The notes beneath the pieces are model-generated. The model made no database searches and was not told the DNA's origin. It saw only the letters and a list, made by a program, of their open reading frames with translations. From assembly GCA_040954595.2 (NCBI GenBank), contig CM082594.2, positions 7,385,573 to 7,449,572 of the forward strand: a DNA stretch of 64,000 nucleotides. Reading direction: 5' to 3'. A program made the translations under genes and the position numbers. Of this stretch, positions 36,501-49,316 are shown piece by piece; position 1 is the stretch's first letter; each line of letters begins with the position of its first letter. The DNA is from Balanoglossus misakiensis. Its lineage: Eukaryota > Animalia > Hemichordata.

Positions 36501-39500
36501 CCGTGTAGGAAATGTTAACCCAGAGAGTCGATTTTCCAAGGAACCGGACAGTTAAAACAGGCATTATGGCTCATGGGTTCAATCTGTCATCAGTAACTGA
36601 AAGCGTAACCATCAAATGATGTGAAAAGAACTGTTGGGGGGGGGGGGGGGTTCTGCAAGGGTCACCCTTGGTCATTGACTTCACGAATTCCTGGTCATCA
36701 TCAAATATGGTACAAAGCCCTAACCTGTAATTCTGTGAAATTTTTTTAACTTATTTATTTTTATCTTCCAGTGATGCAACTGGTTCATTTACTGACAGAT
36801 TAGAACTTTTTATAGTTGATAACTGTTCCAAAGGATGACCATTGCATAATCGGTATCATATATTCAATTGGGATAACTTTGTCAAATATTTGCACAGGGA
36901 GAAAAAGATAGTTTACAAAGTTGCCCAGTTTGCTCTAAATCCATGATAGGAGCAAATAGCCTCGACATAGCCTGCCTGCCATGTCCATTACATCATGGAT
37001 TTTCAACATGTCACAGATTTTGGAGACTTGCCATCCTAGTTCTGACAGTTGAATGCCAAAGAGGGGAGTTTTGCCAGGGCCCGGTTGACTTAATCGTTGA
37101 GGAGAAGAGTTTTAGTAGTCCGATTTGTTAACATTGAGTTATTTCTGGATAATAAGCAAACCAAACAAAGGGTCCATCTTGCTGGTTACGATGAACAAAT
37201 ATCAAATTCTTCTGTAGATGCTGAAGATAGATTAGAATCAGTTGGGTAGTTTCTGATTCTCTGTGTGTTCGGTTGGTGAACCTTTCTTGAGCCATGTCTC
37301 TTGATCTTTGCTTAGGGTCAGGAATGGTACAGGACGATAACTGCTGATCAGAGAATGAATGCTTTGGAAGCAAAATTTCAGTATTGCGTATGGGATGTTC
37401 AATGGAATATGTAATTTGAAGAACAGCGTCGCATTTGGCAGGCAATAGTTCATCTCAATACATGGCAGGCCATTTTCTCTGAAGAAACAAATATTTCACA
37501 TCCTTAGTCCACATTCAAAGAAGAAAAGTCTTCCAAATGGTTCTGTCAATGACTTGAAAAAATTTGAAAAATGTTTCATTGAATGAAGGTTATTTGGGTA
37601 ACAAAAAAAATCGAAGTATTTTTCTGGAAGAGGTTAGTTGTCATAGGTTTGCTTGCCGATACTTGGAGAAAAAAATGGCGTGGAGGAAAGTCTTTTGTTT
37701 TGTCCTGGGTTTGGGGTGTTGGGTGGCACAGTTTGCCCAGTTTTCTATTCAGTGTTACAGAGCCCAGTCTGCCACTCTCCATCAGAGTACTTGAGAACGC
37801 AGGCCTTACAACAATGCTGCGGGCTGAAGAGGGGGTTTCAGTTTTCGCAAACTACATAAATCTAATGGCGGGAGAAAAAGGCCAGCAAAACTTTTCTTGC
37901 CTTGTTTTCGTTGGGTCAGAATGCGACCCCGGGATGTTTATTCCGTGGTGCTCTCTTTCGTCCCAGAATTCCTCTGCGATTGAAAATTTGCTACCGGAAA
38001 GAGGGGAATTTCGGTCACCATGGTAACTGGGGTGACCTACTTTTGAGGACAAAAGTCAGGAAGAAAACTTGCCTGCAGTATTTACAAAAGAAATTGCTTG
38101 ACACCACACAGGACAGTCCCAGTGGTACAGAAAGACAACTCGGATATCAGGTTGAGCCATGTTGATGTTAAACTGGATTGGGAACTTTTTGAAATACGGT
38201 TTAAGAGAAAAAGATGGGGAGCAGTAATGACATCACTTATCAATTCACCAATCTGCTGTCCATCCCCTCACCAACAACCCCGGGAACCAAGCTCTTACAT
38301 TTGCCATAATACACGCTCTATGGAGGCTGAAACAGACTGAGCCTCTCACACCAGACTAGCTGGCTTTAAGCTCTCACTTCCTCGTGGCTTTGCGAAGGAT
38401 TTATCAGTTTGGGATCCACTGGCAGTCTAGGGTTTCAGTCATCCTCTCACTGGCATCTGATTCGATGGAGGGGGATATTACTAAGTAATTGTGCGTGGGA
38501 ATGCCCCATAATGATGCAGCACATCATCAACATCAAATATACACACTCGGTGATCTTTGCTTTGGGCCCCGGTCGACCTAGCTGAGCGCAGAAAAAAAAG
38601 TGTAAGCTTGTACAGCAGTTCCCTTGGTAATGTGATTATTTTGTAATCGTCTTGATTCCACCGAGCCATTTGTTTCATTGCAGCTTTCATCAGTAGAGTC
38701 GCCTGCGAGTGGGGGAGACGAGGGCAGATTGCGAGGGGGAGGGTGGTGGTATGGAGGGGTGTGTCACTTTTAATTAGTTGGCGAAGCCATTGAAGGCATC
38801 CAGCTTTGGTGTGTATGAATGTTTACTGCCTGGCCATATTGCAGCCTGTACCTCCCAGCACGGTCAATTTCTCTGGGCCAATTTCTCTTGAAGGCATGTA
38901 GTGTGAAAAAAGGACAACTTGTACTGGTTACCTAAGCATGTTGTCTGCTCTAAACACCCCCCCCCCCCTTACCCACCAGTCTGACAATGCACACAACGCG
39001 GACAATACTGTTGACAAATCAGATCTGCATGTCAAGGCTACTTATACCTGGTGACTGACTTTGCACAAAATATGCATTCATGTGATGTGAAGTTTGGCCA
39101 AAAATATTTCATAATGCTTCTGATATTCCAACATTTTCAACAGGGGCTGGCGAACTTGATCTAAGTTGGACAGCACTGAGTCACTCTGACAGTAGTCTTG
39201 AAACGTAGTCATTGCATAATTTGGTGGTGTCTTTCTTTTCAACTTGGCCAACAGACTTTCCTTGTCTTCAAATGTGCACTCAGGCCAATAATCATGTCAG
39301 CCAGGTAATAAAACGGGTGAACTTTGAAATAAACACCAACCCAATAATCTTGATGTATTGTTGACATTGGCTGCAGAAAAATGCCTGCTGAAAAATCCTC
39401 AAATCACTCGGTTGTGTTGACTGATTAAATTTAAACAGGACTTTGTAATGTGTGACAATCACACCAGTTTGCCCTGATAGTGCAGTGTGGTGTTGACATC

Positions 39501-41860
39501 ATCAGCCTACAGACTTGCAAATGAGTGGTACACTACATGTGGTGTTGAAACATTTTGTCGGAGGAGGGTACCTCGAAGAAATGCTGGGTCGTGTGAGAGT
39601 GGACAAAATGTGAATTTTTAGAGGAATTAAACTCGCAAAGAACGAGTCATCCTCAAGGAATGGAATGGGACGGAGTTGTCATTTCGTGTCAGAGTCTGTG
39701 GTTGTATTTGCTTCAGTTTTCATCAGCCCGAGTAATGGCCTTCTGTTGGCAAAGCTCTTGAAACGGGCTGTGTTTGACTTGGCATTAGTAGGAGACTGAC
39801 TATTTCGGAACCCCAATAGAAGAAAAAAAATGCAGCGGTCAGTCACGTAAGGGGGGACATGTTCACGAATCTCAAAAAAAAGGTCTCTAAAAGACTACTG
39901 GTTTGTTGAGCCGCCTTATTTTACAAACATTTACCATGGGTATTTATAAAAATAAGCCTGTGAGCTCACAAGAGTTGGCCATCAGAGAGGCAATAGATGA
40001 GATCTCGAGAAACTGAGACGGACATTATGTAAGAGTCAGCGCTGTCAATTTGGGAAAAATTCCATTTTGGCTTCTGCGGTGGGTGTTGTCAAGTCGGAGG
40101 AGTCTGCTGGATTGTTTATAACCGCATGGTGAGATTTTAAACAGTCCTAATAAATGAGATATAAGCCACCTTGACATCTCGGCTCTTTTGTCGGGCAGGG
40201 AGAATAATCCTCAGATCTAATATAAATGTCCAGTGAAAGAATTAAGTTTTACTCAAAAAGTGGACTTCTGAGTCCGATAAACCCGAGATATTTTCGCGTG
40301 AGAAGTAGCGATACGTGCCGCGTGGGGGTGGTGGTGTTGGAAAAGTTGCGACTGACGTCAAAGGATTTTTCAGCAAGACCCATTGAGGTGCCCCACGTGA
40401 AGACCCTCCCCCTGAAGTGTTGAGTGCTACAACACATGCATTCACAAGTCGAGTCAAAGAAGCAGGTTTTTTTTTGTGCGTGTGAGTTCAGCTTTTAGGC
40501 CATCAAGGAGTGTGTTTACATAAAATTGTAACTCTTGCTCTCAGGCCAGCTGCATTGGACAAGGGGTGACCATCACCAAGACCCCCTCGCAAAACAATCC
40601 CTATTACTCAATTTCCAACAAAATTATCAAATTTTTCGGAAATGTTTATATGCTTCATGGTTACTACTGTAGAAAACGGCTATGAATTTTCTGAACTTTT
40701 TAAGGATCAAAATGTTATCATGCAGGATAAAACTAAACAGGCTTGAAGAATGAGAGTTGTAAGCTATTTTAAATAATTCATGAAATTAAAAATGGCTGCC
40801 AGATTTTGAGAGAAGTATAAACAGAACAAGCAAAATACAAACTACAAACTCAAAATTGATGATGTGTTTAAGTTGGCTGCCGAGATCTGTCAGAGGCCGC
40901 ACTTTGAATGAGAAATATGAGGTCAGGAGATACTTGGACGGCCGAGAAAAATATCACAGCATTTCAGAAAATTTGTCTAATGGAGAGCCATGCCATTAAG
41001 CTGCTGCGGTTTTGCGATGTAGAGTCCATTGGAATTGAGCGCGCAAATACGATAAATTCAAGGAGCGTTTTTACACCAAATGAGTGTATTTTATCGGAAG
41101 GGAAAATTAGAGGCAAGTTAACCAGGCGACAAAAGTCAACTAACAGGTGAAAAGGAGCTGAGGGGATGTGACAGGACAAAAAAAACTGGTTAAGGTTCAA
41201 GTCACACACACAGAAATCTTGTTATGTAGGTTTTGCCAGAACTCCGCTTGAATTTCAATGAAAGTCAGAGATCCTTGGCTGTGCGGAGAAAGTCGGCTTG
41301 CAATCAAAGTGGTGGGTCTCAAAGCGATGAGAGAAAGGGTCTTGGTTATCAAGTCACTCAGGAAAATTACTGAGATAACAAGATGGGGGATGGCCGTCCC
41401 GGGGGGATTTTTCGAGGGGGTGCATCGGTATCGGAAAGGTGTCAGAGGCGACTGAGTGCAGACAGAAGGTCTAGAGATACCGTTAAGTGAACGTGCAGAT
41501 GCCAAGCCCCCTTTTGGAAAGGTGTAAAGAAATCGCCTTGTAGATTCTTGAACTTCTGATAAGAATTAACGCTATCTGTACGTAAGATTTTGCCCTTTCC
41601 TCCTGGTGCCAAGATTGCAAGTAGAACAGGGAAAATAATCCGATCACACTATCGCACAAAGCCGGTACAAACTCTGGCAACCAGGGCTCCACTGAACATA
41701 GGCCCTTGATAAGTTGATTAATTTTGGATCGATGGAGAGTACTATGCTGGAAGTTTGTTAGTTATTTTGTTGGGTGAAGTTATAGCGTTATGAGTTTCAA
41801 TTTTTATATACTTTTGAAATTATGTGACTAACTTCTTTTTCTCTCTGCCTTCTATTGCAG

Positions 41861-42402
41861 ACCTCAAAGATTCACTTGTTGCCTCGAAGCCGATGCATTG
41901 GTGTAATGTTGCATACTGGGAACTACGCTCGCGTGTGGGACGTTTGTATCCCGTCTACGAACAATCTGTAAATATTTTTCAGGAACTACCTCATGGCGAT
42001 GGAATGTGCTTGGGATTACTCCATCGCGACTGTCGCAATGAATCTGTGGAGAGGACTCGGAGCAAAATTGGGTACGGTGTGACGGTCAGCCGGGAGGCGG
42101 ACGGAGTGTGGGCGTATAACCGTGGCAACTTTGCCGTGTTTGTGAACTCGCCGACGTTGGACATCCCCAATTCGAGGACGTTGACAGTGTGGAAAGTGTC
42201 GCCGGGATACTCGATACGAATTTTCGACTACGACAAGTCAGACCAACTGAGGAGGACTCGTGATCAGGAATTCTTGGACGGGCCGTACGATCCGAACTCG
42301 GTCCGGATAAGTTTCGTCAAAGGATGGGGACCATGCTATTCGCGCCAGTTTGTCACCTCATGCCCGTGCTGGATTGAACTTATATTCAATGTACCACGAT
42401 GA
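41861..42402 (+). CDS. SMAD6/7: Smad6/7 exon 4 (MH2 domain, terminal exon)
   Basis: Strong acceptor (...CCTTCTATTGCAG); [18 protein letters not shown]...[40 protein letters not shown]-stop; no C-terminal SSxS, as expected for an I-Smad. The four exons total 1086 nt, i.e. 361 aa plus stop. Confidence 0.98.
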
Positions 42403-42687
42403 CACCTCCTCTATCCCTCTAGAGTTAATCTTAATATAATATTTTATTTTATATATATTATATATTATAATGTAAATATGGACAGACTTGTTTTTTTACA
42501 GTGTAATTATTTATGGTGACACGTATGTACCCATTCTTGCTAACCATTGGAAAAACCTACATTGTATGAGAAAAATAGGACTAGTCACGCTCATGTACAG
42601 TTTTATTGTTTTATATGAGAAAACAACTGAACCAGCCAGAGAGCAGAGTCAAACAAGAAAGGGAGACAGAAAAACATCATTGTCTTA

Positions 42688-42693
42688 AATAAA
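42688..42693 (+). terminator. Probable polyadenylation signal of Smad6/7
   Basis: First AATAAA I found after the stop codon (about 285 nt downstream), followed by a TG/T-rich stretch (TTGTTTATTTTG near 42732). Confidence 0.55.
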
Positions 42694-45470
42694 ACCGTTA
42701 ATATCTTAATTGAAACTAACAGTTCCCTGGCTTGTTTATTTTGAAACGATGCGTACATGATCACTTGATGTGATACGCTTGCCCGCTGAACACATCACTT
42801 CAAACGGAGCAATCTGGTAGAATTTCAGGTTTGTTCCATTTGCTGTGAATGTGGGAGTGGGCGTGTACAGTATGGGCCTGAGCAGACATATTCCCCAAAA
42901 CATGGTCCTGCAGAGGGGGGGGGGGGGGGGTGAGCAATGATAATGTTTCAGTATAGTGCATCATGTCCATCAGACTTGCTTGTCTACTGTTTCACGTGAG
43001 AAACCAGTTTGAATCTAAGCTAGCTTGGATGTGTGTACCCTCTTCCTGATGTCATGATCCAGTGGAACTGCAAATTAACTTATTCCTATCCCATTTCTCC
43101 GACAGAACTAGCTTCTGTGTAAACAGACATATAGCCATTTGGGAAAGGTCCCTCATTTGGAAGGCCCCACACAAATAAGGGAACCCTGATATAATTTCCC
43201 AGTGCACCACTGTAAACTGACCCCGAGTTCACTCATGCATGAAGTTGAAGAGATGGAAGGGGAAAATGGTGGAATGTTTGCCCTGGAGCTATCAAAATGG
43301 GTCAGGGGTCAAAGGTTAGGTACCCAGGTCAGGTTTAATGGCAGCCCAGCACGCACTTGTCCCAATGTTGCTGTCTTATTTACGAAACCTCCTGGAAAAC
43401 ACCCGATCGTAAACGATTTGAGTCGCCTGATGGTTAAATGCAGCAACTATGAAGACCAGTGAACACAAAATTTCACTGTATGTGCTTGCCACTGGAAGTA
43501 CCAGAAACCTATGACACACATGGTCACGCTCCCTCCCCTCCCCCTTTCAAATCTGAAATTTGAGGAGGGAAGCCCAAGCCAGACATGTTATGTAACCAGC
43601 ATCTGTTTGAAATCATTCTCAGAATGTGATCCTTTTTGATTGGATGTGAGATTATCCATTAAAGGGACACTGGCTGCAACATTCGGCCATTTTCCTGTAT
43701 TTTGTGTGGAGTCACTAGTATTATCAACAACAAATTCTACTTCCTGTATGTACCACACAAAATTGTTTTGCCCGTCAACATGACATGTATGTGTAATAAC
43801 CAATATTATTGTTGACAAATGAAATCAAGTCTGGAATGAAATCCAGTAGGACAATAATACTGACTGTACAATCTGTGACATATGGGTTATGTTGACAAGT
43901 AAAATACTGGGCATTTCAAACCGAACACTATAATTGATAATTCTCTCCAAATTCCCCTGACCTCCAGCCCATATGAAGAGTTCATGAAACTTGGGTCAGT
44001 GCTGTGTTCTGACCTGTGCATGTATGGACAGATATCATCGTGACACTTATCGTAATGAGGGCAGACCATCTCTGGTGGCCTGCAATCAAATGCATGTCCA
44101 TTTCTTCCTCAATAAGAAGTTTGAGAATGGACCGGACCAGAAGTACTAGGTACCTGCAGGGTGGTATTCTGTGGTCTCAAAGCCCATCCCAAGCTGAACA
44201 GTTACGTTTTGTGCATGTCATGTGTGTGTGCTCGCCCAGCAAAACGGGGGTGCCTGTTTATCGCCCACTTGACCCCAGCAAAGCCCCTGGGACACGCTTC
44301 AATCAATTATTTCTGAATTATTTCCAAAAGTTCTCTCATTTAGCTTCGTGATACAGTCCGACTTTTATCGTCTCTCTCGAAGCACTTGAAGTCCGACAGG
44401 AGGGCGGATTTCGTGCTAGACTCGCAGGAGGGTCCTGCCTCTCGCATTGTTTTTTCGGAATTCACTCGGGGGAGCGTTTTGAATTTCTGGCGACTATAAA
44501 CTTCGACTTGGCAAAGGGGCGGGCTGGTTAGCATTCTTTCGGTGGGCAACCCAGTCAAGTCGCTCTCACATTACGTTAGCAATGCCACACACTAGTCGGC
44601 GTCTTACATAACCGCGCCACTAAAGACAAAAAAATGCCAGGCAAATTACATGAATGGCCCATCTAAATTGCCCCTGAAGTTGATTTTTAACAAGTCACGC
44701 TATAATGGGGAGGCTGTGTTTTGCCCAACCGATCGCTGCTAATTAAAGAACATTTTTGTGCCAGCGTAGGTCGCAAATTAAAAGTTGACAGCGGAGAACA
44801 CTAAAGACCATAACTAACCATGTAGTCCTAAAAAGTTACGCAAACAAGTGTGATTTGCCCAATACCGTGGACATGTTCAAGTCAAGAGTGTGGGTTGGGT
44901 CCCGAAGTTCAAGTGGGTCATACCACGTAACGTGATGAGTTCAATTGAAGCATGTATATTGTAATAGTTCTCGGGCGTGACCAACAAATGTTAACTTGGG
45001 AAATTTCTGGTATACTGTGGTCCCCGTGGGACTGACACATCTAAAGACGTTTCGTGATTCGGAGAAGGGGGAATTGTTGAGAATGCGCACGACTGAGAAA
45101 GATCCCAATGTCACGCGATTTCGCCTGGGAATCTCACGGTACCATATCTCCGAGCAAACACCAATCCCCAGTGGATTTACAACGACACATGCTTATTTGC
45201 GTTAACGTTTGACCAGAAGATGACGCCTGCCTGAAATACCCGCGTTGCGTCGGGCGGCGGGTTGTGAAGCCCTAATGATGTCCACCGCGTGCGAGAAACT
45301 GGACACGAAGTTTGGTTGTGTTTTTAGAGGAAGGGCTTCTCCGTTCCAGAGGTTAACAGTTACTTTAATTCTGGAAGGAAACTAGTTTGAGTCGAAAGAT
45401 AAATTTCAAGATTGCCGCATGACACATTTTAATATAACGGGTGATAAAAAATAAACAGACTGTCCGTTTT

Positions 45471-45493
45471 GTGTGTGTGTGTGTGTGTGTGTG
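45471..45493 (+). repeat. (GT)11 microsatellite
   Basis: Directly visible. Confidence 0.9.
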
Positions 45494-48400
45494 GACGTGT
45501 TATTAAATTGGCATTTATAAACGGGTAGACCTAACGATATATAAATCTGACACGATAAATACTTCAGTCTTGAATGAAGTCGCGTGGTTTTAAATTACGA
45601 GTTGTGCAACACCGGTCACCGTCGTTGTTGGTCTTGTTATCATAACACACCATGTCTAAAGGAACTGTAACATTGACCCTTGACACGACAGCTCGACCGC
45701 TGACATTGCAACCAGATCTATCGCACACGGGCACGCATAAATTCCAACAATCCTAAGAGAAGTTGGAATAGAGAATAGGCCGACCATCTTATCAGCAATC
45801 GCATCTATGAAATCAAACCAAGTCAACCAACGTTCAAGCTGGGCTCCGGTTGGATTGGTTGGATTTAATCTCTGATGCAACAATCCCCCGACCATTTGAA
45901 GAAGTCGCCGGACAACAGTTGCCTTGGTTACCACGGGTAACAGCTCTAGCACATCCATGGATGTGACAGTTCGTTCTTCATCTAATGGGGAGAAATCTTT
46001 CCATATGCGGATGTGTTTATGTGGCACTGCCTTCATTGTATCGGGGCTTCGAATAACAAAATACCCTAACCCTGACTAGAGATTTTCGGGTACATGTCTT
46101 ATTTAGACCACTTTTCCCCACGTCCTCATGAGTAGGTATTTTGTATTGTGATACTAAAGCTGGCAATTAGATGCCAGGGCGGCCTTTTCTTTGACTTTGA
46201 CCTTGTGTTGTCGGCGGGGCATAGTACAGGCATGTTTCCACCACCACCACCGGGCTCTGCCGTTCTTTACCCGCGAGGAATATCCAAAACTCCCGTTGTT
46301 TGTCCATGTCCACTGGCCGAGATAACAATCAACATACCATTGTGTCACGTGACCCGGGCAATTACGTTGTCACCGCTCCATCAGCGGATACCAATTTCGA
46401 GGGGGAGGGGCAACCCAGAAAAGTGGGAGGGCCGGTCGAAGTTATCGGTCATTTCCTTTCACGAAAAGGAGGGGGTTATCCATCATTTTCAGTGTACACG
46501 CCGGCAGACTTTGTGCGTATTTCTCACCGTCTCGCTTGTTGAGATCCACTGCTACCTGCCGTACGTGTTCACCTCAACGATACCTCCCACGCCGAATTCT
46601 TTGCTGCGTCACTGAGGCTCGCTGTAAATACCCCCCCCCCCCTCCCATGCTATAAGTCAGTGTGGTTTCGAGTACGGAAGCAACTTGGAGGAGATCTGTC
46701 AAATTGCCAAAAACGGGTAAATGCACGCAATCCTATACTCAGCTACATTTCGTCCGAGCGCTGGCGTCTTGGGACGCGGAGAAAGGGACACTCTGAGAGT
46801 AACGGAATTCGATATGACGCGGAAGTGAGTGAAACACGCTTGCATGTAAAAGTTACCCGTGGAAAAAAATGTAACGTCCTGTTGAAACTGAAAGTTAATC
46901 TGTGCCAAGTTAATTTGTTCCTCAACCATCATCAAGTGATATTCTGAAAAATCTGTTAGTGCATTTGAACTATAAAATTTCTCTCTACCTCTTTATCAAT
47001 CTCTCTCTCTCCATCTATCTATCTATCTTTTTAGTTTAGTTATGTTAAAATGTGTGTATGTAGTATTGTCCCATTGCAAGTATATTAATTGAAGATTTCT
47101 TGGCTTTTCCTCATTTCTGTCTGTTTTGTTTTTAGATCCAAGACGGTGTGCCTGGCCAATTCAGTACACATACCTGTCTCGACATCAATGCAGGAATAAA
47201 CAAAAGCCTTCAGCTGGGAGAGGGGTTTCGCCTTTGAAGCCATAGAAATCTATTGATAAGTTGTGGTTTTGTAGATCGTTTTCATCAATAGGGGTAATCT
47301 ACCCGTTGATTTTTGCTCTGGTCCCGTCAGCCACGCCCACCCGGTCCGCCGGCCACACGAATATTCTACGTCACTTGGAACAACGGTTTCCGGTGGTGGA
47401 CGACTGTGGTAAAGTTCGAGGTTTCTAAAGCCAGCGGTCGGTGGAGGGGGGGGGGGCGAAAAGGCCAGGTCCCCTGTGCATGTAGTGATATGTATTTGCT
47501 TTCCCCAGGCTGTTTAGTGAGGCTTTAAGAACTCTAATTGGTGTCTGGATCCCAGTGTTTTATTGGACAGAGTTCGAACAAAAAAGTCACATTTCGGAGG
47601 GTGCATCGGAGCGTGAACTCTGAATGAGACGCTCGCTAAAATCAACAGCCAATGTGCATAATAGCACTCAGAGAAATCAAAAGTGGTTGGCTCCTCCTGA
47701 CCCCTGACCTTAAAGATTGACGCCACAGAGAGGCGACAGAGCGATAATGACGCGTAAATTACATTTAATGGGGTGGCTTATTTGCATAAATAAACACCAC
47801 TCCGCTCCCTGGGGATTGAGTGGCAAAGCATGCTTACTTGAAGTACTTTCTGGCCAGTGCGTGTGTCCTCCTCCGCCAATCGGTTACTTCAGCCATGAAA
47901 AATCCCAAATCTATAAAGTAAACATAACATACAGTTGTCAAGGTAACGGCGGTGAAAAAAGTAATGCGGGGATTTCTTTTCAAGCCCGTCGCGCAGGTAT
48001 CACCATGGTGTGAAAGCGAGTTTTAGCAACGTGCACAAAGTAGCGTAGTAAACGTCAGTGAAGTGACCCACATTACTTCTCGCCCATTTCATTCATTAGC
48101 ATTTTCATGAAAGTGTTTGCCATCGTCCAGCGCAGCCCACCTTATACTGTGGCGCCCTATGCAAGAGTACATATTATCATAAACCCATCAAGTGGACCAT
48201 TTATAAATAAAGCCACGCGTGAGCTATACCAGAACAGACACAGAAAACCCACACAACAAAGTCTTTTATTGTTTCTTCAGGCAAATTGAAATACACGTAG
48301 TTCCCTTTTTGGATATTTATTCATAAATACTGCTTTGGGAAGTGTTTAACATCAATTCTTGATAATCAGAGAGGTAAGCATATCTCTTGCACTGAAAGAA

Positions 48401-48613
48401 CTATGCTGGTGGTAGGATTTTGATATAGCTGAAATATTAAACTAGTTTAAAATTCAATAATAATAAATGCAAATCCGATTGCGTGGCTAAGGGGTGGTGG
48501 TTTTAACATAATTTGAGTTGTGCACGTGAAAGTTTTAAAGATCTACTACATGTTCAATAATGAAAAGAAAATTGTTTATAGTTCGCAGGCGTTTGGCCAA
48601 GTTGCGAATCTCG

Positions 48614-49316
48614 CGAACGCGCATGGATTCATGGGAGATAGTAACCCGGAAGTGCGATAGTACACAGCGGGCAATTTAAATTCCTTGAAACTTTGCACAG
48701 ACGTCGTAAATATTATAAAACTACATGCACAAGTGTTTTACTAATCGAAGACGTTCTTCTAGTGTTATTACGCTTGGTTATAATTTTTAGAATTCAGATG
48801 TCGACAAAAAAGTGCCGCTGCGCCGACTCTCGCTAATGATGCAGACATGGCTATTGACATGGACAACATATGATATTAGGCATATCCGGGCCTAGGCTTA
48901 TAGTATTGTCATGAACCACTTGGCGAAACTCGACTGAGCTGTCTACACTTACCTGACACCTAGGGCCCGAACCTAGGGCCTAGGGAGCGCCCAGGTGTGC
49001 AAGTAAAACATTATTGCTCGAGTCACCTCCAACTGTGCACCGAGCGAGCAGGAGACTCGACGACCGTCTTCTAAACGGCCGCACGAAATAGGGCCTAGAA
49101 TATCTACTCATGCGCAGCAAGTCTGAACGCACCCATATAATCACTTACCGAGCAGAATTGTATCGGTCGCTTGACGTAGTTTGAAAGCTAGGACCAGTTT
49201 GTTCTTCGTATTTCAAAGTTTTTAGGTGTTCAAACCGGCCAGGTATATCTGGATGTCGTCCGGCCATTTGTTGCACTTCCGGTCTGCAATATTTCCCATG
49301 ATTCCATGTACGTTCG
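48614..49316. mobile_element. MITE-like segment bounded by imperfect ~43-bp inverted repeats
   Basis: Left 48614-48655 CGAACGCGCATGGATTCATGGGAGATAGTAACCCGGAAGTGC; right 49273-49316 reverse complement CGAACGTACATGGAATCATGGGAAATATTGCAGACCGGAAGTGC. Internal GGCCTAG/CCTAGG reiterations. No clear target-site duplication. Confidence 0.5.

Noticed and set aside
36329-36650. Long poly-G runs (also near 42914 and poly-C near 16617 and 51873)
   Set aside because: Frequent throughout the window and prone to length error; no specific function supportable.
43659-43700. TTAAAGGGACACTGG resembling a Kolobok-type terminus (similar word at 17899)
   Set aside because: I found no matching inverted end nearby.
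45656-46036. 126-aa minus-strand ORF, and 155-aa ORF 46148-46615
   Set aside because: No recognisable domain or convincing splice context; lengths are compatible with chance in 64 kb.
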